DNA of 64,000 nt, from positions 776-64,775 of the forward strand of contig JBMNOI010000001.1 of assembly GCA_050942995.1 (NCBI GenBank), written 5' to 3'. Made by a program: the position numbers and the translations under genes. Each line of letters starts with the position of its first letter. Position 1 is the stretch's first letter. Shown here piece after piece: positions 50,449 to 62,111 of the stretch. Below the pieces are notes generated by a model. The model was given only the letters and a program-made list of their open reading frames with translations, ran no database searches and was not told where the DNA came from. The stretch is from Anaerolineae bacterium. Lineage in GTDB: Bacteria; Chloroflexota; Anaerolineae; UBA1429.

Positions 50449-51495
50449 TCACTGAATTGCCTTTGTATTTTGCGATACCCCCGGGCGACGGACGAATCCT
50501 CGCGCCGCCAGCGCCTCCACCGCCCGCCGGGCGTCCACCAGCCAGGGACCGTCCAGGCGCAGCGTAATGCACACGCGATCACCGGGGCGCAGGGCATGCT
50601 CGCGCTCGCCGTCCAGAGCCAGCAACAGAGGTTCTTCGGCGATCATCTCCAGCATCTCCCCGGGCATCAGCGTACGCGCCTCGCCGATGCCGACCTCGGA
50701 CAAGAGTCCCGGCCCCAAAGGCGCCAGCACGCGACGCGATTCGCCGGGATCGAGCGTCAGGGCCAGCCCCGCCGGCTCATCGGCATCTATCGTGCAGATC
50801 CACCCGGCCAGAGCCGAGATGCCGGTGCCCGCCGGATGTGCTCGCGTGACTACGACATACTTGATGTCGGCGGCGTTCCATATGGCTCGGGCGCCGACAA
50901 AGCGTCCCGCCAGCAGGGCAACATCCACCAGAGCGACATCGTCAATCGGTGGCGATCCGTCCTGAGCGCTCAGGGCGATCTCGAGCCACTTGCTACGAAC
51001 CGCCACATCATCACGTGCCACCCAACCCGTCGCCAGCGCTCCGGCGGCCATGCCGGCTACGGTCCCCTCGATGAATTCGGGCAGCACATTGTTGGTGCCG
51101 GTGGATATGGCCAGAAGCGGCACATCGCCCGCGCCTTTCGAGACCACCCGCGTTGTACCGTCTCCCCCCAGCACGATGATGCATCTCGCGCCGGCCTTTT
51201 GCATCTGCGCGGCGGCGCGTTCAGCGTCGACGGCATCCCCCCGCACAGGCATGTCGACCATCTCGACGCAGGGTAGCGCCTCGCGGCTCAGGCCGTCGAG
51301 TGCCCGCTCGCCCAGTCGATAGTCGTCCGGCATAATGAGCACACGTCTCACCCCCACGGCGCCCAGCCCCACCAGCGCCCGCCGGATGATGCCCACCTTG
51401 CCCTGGTTATCTACTGTAGCGGCATGGCCGACCACTCGTCGGATATCCTTACCCGACGCCGGATTGGCGATAATGCCCACCACGCCGCCGCTCAT
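50449..51495 (-). CDS. ATP-NAD kinase family protein (NAD kinase-like, AcoX-like)
   Basis: Track ORF 50449..51672(-). Start at MSGGVVGIIANPASGKD. GGDG motif CIIVLGGDGTTRVV. 15 bp upstream of lpdA on the same strand. Confidence 0.6.
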   Translation of the reverse strand: MSGGVVGIIANPASGKDIRRVVGHAATVDNQGKVGIIRRALVGLGAVGVRRVLIMPDDYRLGERALDGLSREALPCVEMVDMPVRGDAVDAERAAAQMQKAGARCIIVLGGDGTTRVVSKGAGDVPLLAISTGTNNVLPEFIEGTVAGMAAGALATGWVARDDVAVRSKWLEIALSAQDGSPPIDDVALVDVALLAGRFVGARAIWNAADIKYVVVTRAHPAGTGISALAGWICTIDADEPAGLALTLDPGESRRVLAPLGPGLLSEVGIGEARTLMPGEMLEMIAEEPLLLALDGEREHALRPGDRVCITLRLDGPWLVDARRAVEALAARGFVRRPGVSQNTKAIQ

Positions 51496-51556
51496 ATCAC
51501 CTCGCAAAGATCTCCTTGTGAAGGGTAACGCCTCACGGCCTCTGGCACAACGTGCC

Positions 51557-52480
51557 TCAGGATTGCACCTCCCGATAAAAAGCCTGCACCTGCTCTCGAG
51601 AGGGCAGCGAGGTCTGTGCGCCCAGCACCGTGGTGGCCAGGGTGCCGGCACAGGTGGCATAGCGCACCGCATCGGGCAGGGTATATCCCTCCAGCAGCGC
51701 GGCGGTCAGCCCTCCCACAAAGGCATCACCGGCGGCGGTCGTATCAACCACCTTGACGGCGCGTGCGGGCACATGCTCGGCGCCCTGTTCCGTCACCAGC
51801 AGCGCCCCCTGCGCCCCCAGAGTGACAATGACCACCGGCACGTCCATCGCCCGCAACGCGCCACCGGCGACGCAGGCCGCATCGATACTGTCTACCGGCA
51901 AGCCGGTCAACGTCTGGGCCTCGGTCTCGTTCACCACCAGATAGTGCACACCCTGCACAAAGTCGGCATTCAGAGGATAGGCCGGCGCCGGGTTGAGGAT
52001 AACGGGCAAATTCATTTCACGGGCCAGAGTGATGGCCCCGCGCACGGTATCCAGGGGGATCTCGAACTGCATCACGAGGTAGCGAGCCCGGGCGAAAAGA
52101 TCGGCGGCGGCGCGCACATCATCCAGCGTAACCCGGCCGTTGGCGCCGGGTGCCACCACGATCGTGTTCTCACCATGAGCATCCACCTCGATCATGGCGA
52201 TGCCGCTGGGAGCTCCGGCGTCCTCGATGACGTAATCGACGCCCACCCCCATACCGGCCATGTTCTCACGCAGGACCCGACCAAACGCATCGCCTCCCAC
52301 CCGGCCGATCATCTCGACCCGGGCCCCCAGGCGGGCGATCGCAGCGGCCTGATTGGCCCCTTTGCCGCCGGGGATGGTGACAAAATCCTCGCCATGTACC
52401 GTCTCTCCCGGGCGGGGGATGTGTTCGGTTCGTACCACCAGATCCATGTTCAGGCTGCCCAGCACGATGACGTCGCCCAT
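51557..52480 (-). CDS. rbsK: Ribokinase / PfkB-family carbohydrate kinase
   Basis: MGDVIVLGSLNMDLVV, GGKGANQAAAIARLG, C-terminal DTTAAGDAF motif. Confidence 0.8.
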   Translation of the reverse strand: MGDVIVLGSLNMDLVVRTEHIPRPGETVHGEDFVTIPGGKGANQAAAIARLGARVEMIGRVGGDAFGRVLRENMAGMGVGVDYVIEDAGAPSGIAMIEVDAHGENTIVVAPGANGRVTLDDVRAAADLFARARYLVMQFEIPLDTVRGAITLAREMNLPVILNPAPAYPLNADFVQGVHYLVVNETEAQTLTGLPVDSIDAACVAGGALRAMDVPVVIVTLGAQGALLVTEQGAEHVPARAVKVVDTTAAGDAFVGGLTAALLEGYTLPDAVRYATCAGTLATTVLGAQTSLPSREQVQAFYREVQS

Positions 52481-52644
52481 GGTCGTCTCCTTGTGATGTT
52501 GTCGCCGATTCTACCTGTGACGAGAGAGGGCGTCAAAGCCGTTCGGCCCGTTGCCCATCCTCATGGCAGAGCGCCGGTTGACCGTGAACAACCTGCGAGA
52601 TGACATGCCCCTCATTCGAGAGTGGGGGCATATTCTGCCCCGCT

Positions 52645-53049
52645 CTACTCGCCGCGCGATTCCGCCCTGGCCGTAAAGCGCTCGACATGGATGATAAAAC
52701 GCTGGTGTTCTCCCTCGCCGATAACGCCCACCTCATCCCGCGCGACGACGCGAAACGTCAGACGACGGCCGTCGATCTCGATCAGTTCGGCCCGCGCCGT
52801 GACGGTACGCCCCATCACGGTGGGCGCCAGATGGCTGATATTGACCACCGTGCCCACACTACGATAGCCCTCGGGCAAGAGAGGGTCGACCACATCCACA
52901 GCAGCGCCCTCCATCAGGGCGATCATCTCGGGGGTGGCCAGCACATACAGTACCCCGCTGCCCCAATGATGGGCAGTATGCCCCTCCTCCACCACCAGGC
53001 TACGCTCGCCGGTAGCCCCTACCTGAATCGCATCGAACAGTTCGGCCAT
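52645..53049 (-). CDS. Hotdog-fold thioesterase family protein
   Basis: 134 aa. HHWGSGVLYVLATPEMIALMEGAA pattern as in FlK/4HBT-like thioesterases. Confidence 0.55.
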   Translation of the reverse strand: MAELFDAIQVGATGERSLVVEEGHTAHHWGSGVLYVLATPEMIALMEGAAVDVVDPLLPEGYRSVGTVVNISHLAPTVMGRTVTARAELIEIDGRRLTFRVVARDEVGVIGEGEHQRFIIHVERFTARAESRGE

Positions 53050-53184
53050 TTTACTCCTTACGTGAGGGGATCGGATCCATCACCTTCGGGAGGTGGTTGC
53101 CCTACAACTTGTCCTCCGGGCGTTGACAAAAACCAAGGCCGAGTGGTGTGCTCGGCCTTGGAGGGGATACATCATGGCGATACA

Positions 53185-55059
<1,875 letters not shown>

Positions 55060-55386
55060 CTATCTTTTGTCCTCCAAAGGCCGCTGTTACCGGGTCCGAC
55101 GATGATTCGGCTCGTTCCCCGGTACATCGATGCGTGCCTCTCCGCATGCATGCGCTATCTAGAACGCAAATCATTATACCATAGCCCACCAAAGACGGTA
55201 AAGTCAGGGCTTTTCTCACTCCATCGCATCATCGACCGGATAATCCCCGGGGATTATCGGATCATGCATCAACAAAATATACAAACAAGACCTGGTATCA
55301 CGGGAACGTACCGGGAGCTTGACCACCCGGATACTACCGCATCACCAGGTCTCGGTCAGGATGCAGGCCGTGTTACACATACACTG

Positions 55387-55459
55387 TGGGCCCACCCGGA
55401 TTCGAACCAGGGACCAACCGGTTATGAGCCGGCCGCTCTAACCGCTGAGCTATGGGCCC
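55387..55459 (-). tRNA. tRNA-Met (anticodon CAT; elongator vs tRNA-Ile2 not distinguishable)
   Basis: Minus strand. Acceptor GGGCCCA/TGGGCCC. Anticodon loop CTCATAA. T-loop TTCGAAT. CCA not encoded. Confidence 0.75.
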
Positions 55460-55721
55460 CTTCCGGAGCATTCTGCCAGTATCAGAACGATTTTACCATA
55501 GCGCCGGCAGAGCGTCAAAATATCACTGCCGCCGGCTGTGCGTTCCTTGCACTCGGTTTCTTTGCTCTACACCGTGGTGGAGCAACGCTGCCCCCTGCCT
55601 ACAGCCCCTCTGTTGACAGCATTCGCGTCGGGACGATAATGGCCGTTGGGGGCGCCGCGCAGAACCCTCTGCCTCACCCTCATGGTCACACCGCCTTTAC
55701 TACTGCCAGATCAGAGGAGAC

Positions 55722-56123
55722 ATGATGCGACGTACCAATGTTCTTTCCGTGCTCCTGGTATTCCTGATGACAATGCTGCTGGTAGCATGCGCGAACAGCG
55801 CCCGCCCGGTCCCACCGGCTGCGACGGCGCCCGCTACGCCCCAAAACGCCACGGCAGCCACCCCCACGGCCAACCCCGACCCCACCGCCATACCCGAGGC
55901 GGACGGCGACGGCACACTCAGCATCCGGCTCAACGTCCTCAACCCGGAACAGGCGCAGGCACAGTACAGCGTCTTTTTTACGGCGAGCGGCCAGGTGCAA
56001 GTGGGGCAGGCGCTGTCGGATAACGCGTTCATAGGGCCGTTCGTGATGGATGTGGCCGACGAACTGGTGATCGACATCGAGCAGGACCTGCAGAACTTTT
56101 TACCGCACCAACGGGCTGGATGA
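55722..56123 (+). CDS. Hypothetical lipoprotein, N-terminal part (probable frameshift into the next ORF)
   Basis: Signal peptide with lipobox LLVAC. Pro/Thr/Ala-rich linker. Ends in a T5 homopolymer where a -1 shift gives a continuous reading into 56128..56583. Confidence 0.5.
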   Translation: MMRRTNVLSVLLVFLMTMLLVACANSARPVPPAATAPATPQNATAATPTANPDPTAIPEADGDGTLSIRLNVLNPEQAQAQYSVFFTASGQVQVGQALSDNAFIGPFVMDVADELVIDIEQDLQNFLPHQRAG

Positions 56124-56127
56124 GATC

Positions 56128-56583
56128 ATGCGCATCGACCTGGTGGTCGCGCGGGTGGAGGATAGCCACATCCGCAACCCGCTGTGCGCGCCGATCTCCC
56201 TCGCGTTCACCGATTTCACCACGACCGACCGGGGCAACGAGATCACCGTGGATATCGTCGACAGCGCGCTGAATGACCTGTATGACGAAGAGGTGTTCCT
56301 CGTCAAGATCGTCCCGCCGAGCGTGCAGGGCGGCGGGGGCTATCCGCGCCTCACCTACCAGCAAGACGGAGCCGGCTTCTCGTCGCTGGAGCGTGGCTCC
56401 AGCGGGCCTGATTTTTTGGTAGCGCTCCCGGTGGCCGAGATCGCCAGTCGGGGGGTGCGTGAAGCCACGCTGGTGGTAATGGATTTTGAGAACCAACCCC
56501 TGAGCGATCCGATCGACCTCACCTTTGACGAGAACGGACGCTGCGAGCAGGGAGCGCTGATTATGGTGCAGACGAGACAGTAG
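56128..56583 (+). CDS. Hypothetical protein, probable C-terminal continuation of the lipoprotein
   Basis: 4-bp gap from the upstream stop. Frame +2 reads ...QNFYRTNGLDEIMRIDLVV across the junction. Confidence 0.45.
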   Translation: MRIDLVVARVEDSHIRNPLCAPISLAFTDFTTTDRGNEITVDIVDSALNDLYDEEVFLVKIVPPSVQGGGGYPRLTYQQDGAGFSSLERGSSGPDFLVALPVAEIASRGVREATLVVMDFENQPLSDPIDLTFDENGRCEQGALIMVQTRQ

Positions 56584-56697
56584 GCAGATGTAGCATCGTC
56601 TGCTTTTGGGCAAGCAGGTCCCCCTGCTCCTTGCGGCGTCGGCGGTTATGCGCTAAGCTGTGGGCGCAATGAATCAGGCAGGCACAGGAGTGGCACC

Positions 56698-57918
56698 ATG
56701 AACGACGAACGGATCATCCGCGCGGCGCTGGACCAGGGGAAGGGCGTGCTGCGCCTGGCGCCCAACTGGGTGCCGCGGGACTTTTGCATCCCCGGGCGCC
56801 GCATCAAGCTGCATCCTGACGATTACTATGCCTATGGCGCACATCGCGGCGGCATCGATGAGCGATGGTTCTCCTCGACGGTACGCGCCGATAACGGCCC
56901 GGAGACGTTGCCCGATGAGGGACTGAGCTACATCGTCATGCGCGACGGGGATGAGATACGCCGCGTATTGTTGCGTGACGCCATCGAGTCGGCCGGCACC
57001 GACATTATCGGTCCACGGATGATGGAGCGCTACGGCGGCTGGCCCATGTACGCCAAGTTCTTCGACAATCTGGGCCCCCTGCCCCATCACCTGCATCAAC
57101 GCGAGGCCGATGCCAGACGCGTATCGCAGGCGGCCAAGCCCGAGGCCTACTACTTTCCGGTTCAGCTCAACAACCACGGCGGACGCTTCCCGTACACCTT
57201 TTTCGGACTCGAGCCCGGCACCACGCGCGAACAGGTCATCCAGTGCCTGCGCAATTGGGACAAAGGCGACAACAAAATCCTCAACCTCTCACGCGCCTAT
57301 CGCCTGGAGCCCGGCACCGGATGGGATGTGCCCGCGGGCGTGCTGCACGCACCGGGCAGCCTGTGCACCTACGAGCCTCAGGCGGCCAGCGACGTCTTTG
57401 CCATGTTCCAATCGCTGGTCGATAATGTGCCCATCTCGCGCGATCTGCTGGTCAAGAATGTGCCCGATGCCCACAAGGACGACCTGGACTATATCGTCGA
57501 CATGCTGGATTGGGACCTGAACCTGGATCCCGAATTCTACGAGCATCGATTCATGGCGCCGCAACCGGTCCGACCGATGGGTGAAATGCGAGAGCAGGGA
57601 GTCATCGACATGTGGGTGGCGTACCGCAGCCCCGATTTCAGCGCCAAAGAGACCACCATTCTGCCCGGCCGTCAGGTAACGCTGGTGGACCCGGCCTGTT
57701 ATGGGCTGATCATCCTGCAGGGGCACGGCACGCTGGGACGATGGGCGGTAGAAGCCCCGGCCATCATCCGCTTTGGTCAGTTGACGAACGACGAGTTCTT
57801 TGTCACCGAAGAGGCCGCCCGTCGTGGGGTAACGATCACCAACCTCAGCGACAGCGATCCGCTGGTGATGCTGCGCCACTATGGCCCGGGCAACCCGGAC
57901 CTGACTCTGTCGACATAG
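56698..57918 (+). CDS. Class I mannose-6-phosphate isomerase-like cupin sugar isomerase
   Basis: LEPGTGWDVPAGVLHAPGSLCTYEPQAASD parallels the ManA region NPGEAMFLFAETPHAYLQGVALEVMANSD. 406 aa. Confidence 0.5.
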   Translation: MNDERIIRAALDQGKGVLRLAPNWVPRDFCIPGRRIKLHPDDYYAYGAHRGGIDERWFSSTVRADNGPETLPDEGLSYIVMRDGDEIRRVLLRDAIESAGTDIIGPRMMERYGGWPMYAKFFDNLGPLPHHLHQREADARRVSQAAKPEAYYFPVQLNNHGGRFPYTFFGLEPGTTREQVIQCLRNWDKGDNKILNLSRAYRLEPGTGWDVPAGVLHAPGSLCTYEPQAASDVFAMFQSLVDNVPISRDLLVKNVPDAHKDDLDYIVDMLDWDLNLDPEFYEHRFMAPQPVRPMGEMREQGVIDMWVAYRSPDFSAKETTILPGRQVTLVDPACYGLIILQGHGTLGRWAVEAPAIIRFGQLTNDEFFVTEEAARRGVTITNLSDSDPLVMLRHYGPGNPDLTLST

Positions 57919-58156
57919 GATACTCGGGTATCTTTTGCAATGGCGGCAATGGCAGCCGGCGACCGACGCCGCCACTGCGAATAGAGCATTATAAACTATT
58001 GTATAACGTCATCCAGATGAACGGAGAATCACACCGTGAGGCACAAAGCCGGCCGGTCAGGGGCACAACAATTTGACTTGCCCCCTCGATTATGCGATAA
58101 TAGCCCGCGGTTTGACGTTCTTTTGGATGAACAATCGGTGAGGGAGATCGGGACGA

Positions 58157-58957
58157 ATGGTTAGTGAAGAAAAAAGGGCTGAGGACGTGAATAACACTCA
58201 GCCTGATGAGGTGGCCGCCGCCTCAGAACCCCAGAACGAGCAAGAGAGCCCCCAGACAACGGCCGAGGCCACGAACGAGAAGCCGGACCAAAGCACGGGC
58301 GACGAGGCCGTCGCGCCAGGCGGCCAGGAGAAGGAAAGCGACGAGCGCCCGTCGGACGTCGAAGCGCTCAAGCCCGGTATGCGCCTCAAAGGGCAGGTAC
58401 GCAATATCGTAGACTTTGGCGCGTTTATCGATATCGGCGTCGGTCGTGACGGCCTGGCCCACATCTCGACGCTACGCAAAGCGGGCATCGATAAGTCGAT
58501 TCAGGTGGGCGACACTATCGACGTGCAGATTCGCCGCGTCGACATGGAGAACAATCGTATCAGCCTGACGATCCCCGGCGCGGGCAAGGGCAGCAAAACA
58601 TCGCTGCGCGAGCTACAGGCCGGCTCGACGGTCAACGGGCGCGTGGTGCGACTGGTTGACTTTGGCGCATTTGTCGATATCGGCGCCCAGACAGACGGCC
58701 TGCTGCACATCTCGCAGATGCCCTACGGCTATGTCAACCATCCTTCTGACGTGCTCAAGGTGGGGGACGAGGTCGAGGTGCGTATTCAGGATGTGGACGT
58801 TCAGCGTCGTCGCATCTCGTTGACGATGAAGGATGTCGCCGACGAAGAGGACGAGAGCTTTGTGCCACAGGCCGGCGAGCCCGATGAGGACATGCCGACC
58901 GCGTTTCAGGTCGCCTGGGAGCGGGCTCTGGCCGAGCAGCGTCGTCAGGAAAAGTAG
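58157..58957 (+). CDS. S1 RNA-binding domain protein (two S1 domains, acidic N-terminus)
   Basis: GMRLKGQVRNIVDFGAFIDIG...HIS and GSTVNGRVVRLVDFGAFVDIG...HIS. Confidence 0.7.
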   Translation: MVSEEKRAEDVNNTQPDEVAAASEPQNEQESPQTTAEATNEKPDQSTGDEAVAPGGQEKESDERPSDVEALKPGMRLKGQVRNIVDFGAFIDIGVGRDGLAHISTLRKAGIDKSIQVGDTIDVQIRRVDMENNRISLTIPGAGKGSKTSLRELQAGSTVNGRVVRLVDFGAFVDIGAQTDGLLHISQMPYGYVNHPSDVLKVGDEVEVRIQDVDVQRRRISLTMKDVADEEDESFVPQAGEPDEDMPTAFQVAWERALAEQRRQEK

Positions 58958-59296
58958 CACCGTCCGGCATAACCCGGGATTATACCTTTAGCGTGTGTGT
59001 TGTTTTCCGCGTAAGGGTAGTTGCCTCGAACCTATTTTCCGGACAGCGCCAGACCGCCCAATTCGTCTCGTCACCGTCTCTGCCATACGAGTGGACGTGA
59101 TCCATTAAAAATCAAACAAGGCAAGCGGATCATGCTTGCCTTGTTTGCATCCGCCAGACTATCGTCAGGTTATGCCCGTGGCAATTGCACCCGGCCCGTC
59201 ACATGGGAATGATCCCGTTCGCCGGAAACTATGTAGCCGCCCAACGGCAGCATCCCCAGAGCGATTGTTCCACCGGCTCACCCATGTCACCTCATC

Positions 59297-60031
59297 GTGG
59301 AGGAAAGAGCCATGCTGATCCGAGAGGCCGTAAGCGTCTTTTGGCAAACGCTGCGAGACACGTGGGAAGAGCTGTATCATCTGGCCATCGCCAACCTCGT
59401 CTGGCTGTTTTCCTGGGCGTTGCCGCTGACCCTGATCTCGGTGGTCACCCACTCGGGATTGATGATCGCCGCACTCTTGCTCGCCCTCTGTCTTTTCGCG
59501 CTCACCACACCGGGCATCTATGGTGTGACCAATCGCGTGGCCCGTGGCAAGACGTTTCAGTTTGGCGATTTCATCGACAGTGTGCGCCTGTACTGGTGGC
59601 GAGGCCTCCTCTGGATGCTGGCCAATATCATGGTATGCCTGCTGATATACGTCAACGTGATCTTTTATCCTTCGACCTTTGAGGGAAGTTGGCCTCTGAT
59701 CGTCTCGTTCCTCTGGTTAGGATTGCTGCTCTTCTGGCTGATGATGCAGGTCTACTTCTGGCCGCTCCTTATCGAACACGAGCAGCACCGCATGCTGCTC
59801 TCCTGGCGCAACAGCGCCTATCTGATCCTGGCCAACCCGTTCTATGCGTTCTTTATCGGATCGTTTGCCCTGGTTCTTCTGGGCGTCAGCGCTCTGCTGG
59901 TCATGCCCTTCATCTTTGTCGGCATGGCCCTGATGGGCATCCTGGGGAACAATGCGGTGCTCACGTTGCTGCATCGTTTCGGCATCATCGAAGAGTACCG
60001 CCCGCAACCAATGGGCAGGGAGACATCGTGA
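59297..60031 (+). CDS. DUF624 (YesL-like) family membrane protein
   Basis: Multi-TM small membrane protein with the pattern typical of YesL-like proteins, which occur next to sugar-utilisation genes. Confidence 0.5.
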   Translation: MEERAMLIREAVSVFWQTLRDTWEELYHLAIANLVWLFSWALPLTLISVVTHSGLMIAALLLALCLFALTTPGIYGVTNRVARGKTFQFGDFIDSVRLYWWRGLLWMLANIMVCLLIYVNVIFYPSTFEGSWPLIVSFLWLGLLLFWLMMQVYFWPLLIEHEQHRMLLSWRNSAYLILANPFYAFFIGSFALVLLGVSALLVMPFIFVGMALMGILGNNAVLTLLHRFGIIEEYRPQPMGRETS

Positions 60032-60819
60032 TAGATCGACCACGGCCTCGGCGAACGTTTTCCATCGATACCCTACGCATCGAGGTGTATGCCGATCGAA
60101 CCGCCCCGGAGCGGGCCGCCGCCAGAGATATCGTCGAATATACGCGCCATCTGCTGCAAGAACAGGAGCGAGTGCGCATGGCCTTTACTGCCGCGCCCTC
60201 GCAAAGCGAGATGCTGGCCGCCCTGGCCGATGCGCCCGACCTGGATTGGGGGCGCATCGAGACGCTGCACACGGATGAATATGTCGGCCTGCCCGAGAAT
60301 GCCCCACAGCGCCTTGGCCGATTTTTACGCGAGCGGCTGTTCGATCGGGTGCTGCCCGCCCGCGTAATCTATATCGACGGAGCCGCCGACGATCCGGTGG
60401 CCGAGTGTGCCCGATACGCGGCGCTTTTGGCCGAGCGCCCCATCGACATCCTCTGCATCGGCATCGGTGAGAACGGCCGCATGGGGTTTAACGCCCCGCA
60501 TGTGGCCGATTTCGAGGATCCTCAGGCCGTCCAAGTCGTCGAGCTGGGCGAGGGGTATCGCCATCAACAGGCACACGACGGCGCCTTTGCCACGGTGGAT
60601 GAGGTTCCCACCCACGCCATCACCCTGACCATGCCGACGCTGCTGGCCGCCCGCCGAATCTGTTGCCTGGTATCGGGGGCCACCAGGGCCGACATCGTGC
60701 GTCGCACCCTGTACGATGCCGTTGACGAGGCCTGTCCGGCCACCGCTCTGCGCCGCCACAAGCAGGCCATGCTCTATATCGACGATCAGGCCGCCGCCCA
60801 TCTCCGGGCTTTACCTTGA
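60028..60819 (+). CDS. nagB: Glucosamine-6-phosphate deaminase / 6-phosphogluconolactonase family protein
   Basis: Track ORF 59689..60819. GTG start at 60028 in GTGA overlap with the upstream stop. HTDEYVGL and IGIGENGRMGFNAP motifs. Confidence 0.75.
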   Translation: MIDRPRPRRTFSIDTLRIEVYADRTAPERAAARDIVEYTRHLLQEQERVRMAFTAAPSQSEMLAALADAPDLDWGRIETLHTDEYVGLPENAPQRLGRFLRERLFDRVLPARVIYIDGAADDPVAECARYAALLAERPIDILCIGIGENGRMGFNAPHVADFEDPQAVQVVELGEGYRHQQAHDGAFATVDEVPTHAITLTMPTLLAARRICCLVSGATRADIVRRTLYDAVDEACPATALRRHKQAMLYIDDQAAAHLRALP

Positions 60820-60881
60820 GGAATGGGTTGTTATATATCTTGTTCTCAAGCACACCCTGGACCCGTACGAGAGGAGACATC

Positions 60882-61646
60882 ATGACCCGTTTATCTGTCT
60901 GCATCGAGATGTTCTGGGGCGATCTGCCTATGGAGGAGCGTATCGCCCGCGTCGCCGCACTGGGCTTCCCGGCGTTCGAGTTCTGGGGTTGGAAGAATAA
61001 AGATATCCCCGCCATCAAAGCAGCTATGACGGAACACAATATCCCCATCGCCGCCCTCTGCCTGGAGCCGGGGCACAGCCTCATTCGCCGTCATTACGAG
61101 GCCGAGATGGTGCAGGCGATGAAGGATACCGCAGCGGTTGCCGCCGAGCTGAATTGCAAGACCATCATCGCCACCGTCGGTAACACCATTGACGACGAAA
61201 GCTACGAGATCAGCCGCCGCCGGGTGGTTCGCAACGTGCGCGCCATAGGCAAAGTGGCCGAGGATCATGGTCTCACCATCGTTCTGGAGCCACTGAACAC
61301 CCTGGTGGATCATCACGGCTACTGGCTGAGGACGATGGCGCAGGCGGTGGATATCGTGCAGGAGGTGGGCTCACCCGCCGTCAAGATTCTGATGGATATC
61401 TACCATCAGCAGATCACAGAGGGCAACAATATCGCCAACCTGACTGAATACATCGACGAGATCGGCCATTTTCACACCGCCGGCGTGCCCGGGCGACATG
61501 AGCTGGTGGGTGGCGAGCAAGATTACCGCGCCATATTCAAGGCCATCGACGCCACCGGATACGACGGCTATGTGGGACTGGAGTATCGCCCCACTATGGA
61601 TACCGAAGAATCCCTCAAACAGGCCCTGAGCCTGGTGGAAGATTAG
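60882..61646 (+). CDS. Sugar phosphate isomerase/epimerase (hydroxypyruvate isomerase-like TIM barrel)
   Basis: Start MTRLSVCIEMFW after GAGAGGAGACA RBS. Hyi-like pattern. Confidence 0.75.
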   Translation: MTRLSVCIEMFWGDLPMEERIARVAALGFPAFEFWGWKNKDIPAIKAAMTEHNIPIAALCLEPGHSLIRRHYEAEMVQAMKDTAAVAAELNCKTIIATVGNTIDDESYEISRRRVVRNVRAIGKVAEDHGLTIVLEPLNTLVDHHGYWLRTMAQAVDIVQEVGSPAVKILMDIYHQQITEGNNIANLTEYIDEIGHFHTAGVPGRHELVGGEQDYRAIFKAIDATGYDGYVGLEYRPTMDTEESLKQALSLVED

Positions 61647-61800
61647 AATTTTGTACGAGCAGCCTCCTCTTGTCTCGCCGCGGCGTGGCAAGAGGAGGCG
61701 AACTGTTGTGAGTAGCTCCCGACGCCGTGATACACCTCCCCACCCCCTGGCTCGTGTCGGTATCGTATGCCATTCGTCATGCCCCGGCTGCCGCTCCTGG

Positions 61801-61829
61801 TTGACCACAACGCGAGCAGGTGATATAAT
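61801..61829 (+). promoter_or_regulatory. Sigma70-like promoter (TTGACC-17-TATAAT) for the Lon-like gene
   Basis: TTGACCacaacgcgagcaggtgaTATAAT. Leaves a ~280-nt 5' UTR before ATG 62112. Confidence 0.55.
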
Positions 61830-62111
61830 GCGTTTCAATCAGAGGGTGAGGCAGGCAACGAACCGGTAACCAGGCGACAGGCCCGAACACCGGTACGATA
61901 TCACCCCCAAAACGATCGGCGTACTCTGGCGCCGCATTCGGTTTATCCGTGCCCCGCGGCCGCATTAAATGACCCCACATGGCGCATCGCAACAGGCCCT
62001 GACGCCCGCTATCGCAAAACTCCGGGCAGGCATCTCGCCTCAACATCACTCCTTCATCGCACCCGCGAGACGAGCGGCAACCGTTTCCACTCGATAGAGG
62101 AGATCGCTATT

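Noticed and set aside
49111-51276. 721-aa plus-strand ORF
   Set aside because: Antisense to lpdA and the NAD-kinase-like gene. Low-complexity Arg/Gly/His/Gln-rich translation typical of the reverse frame of high-GC genes. The minus-strand genes have clear family motifs.
59113-59146. Perfect hairpin as a terminator of a plus-strand gene
   Set aside because: The A-run precedes rather than follows the hairpin on the plus strand. It could only terminate antisense transcription, so it is not listed as a feature.
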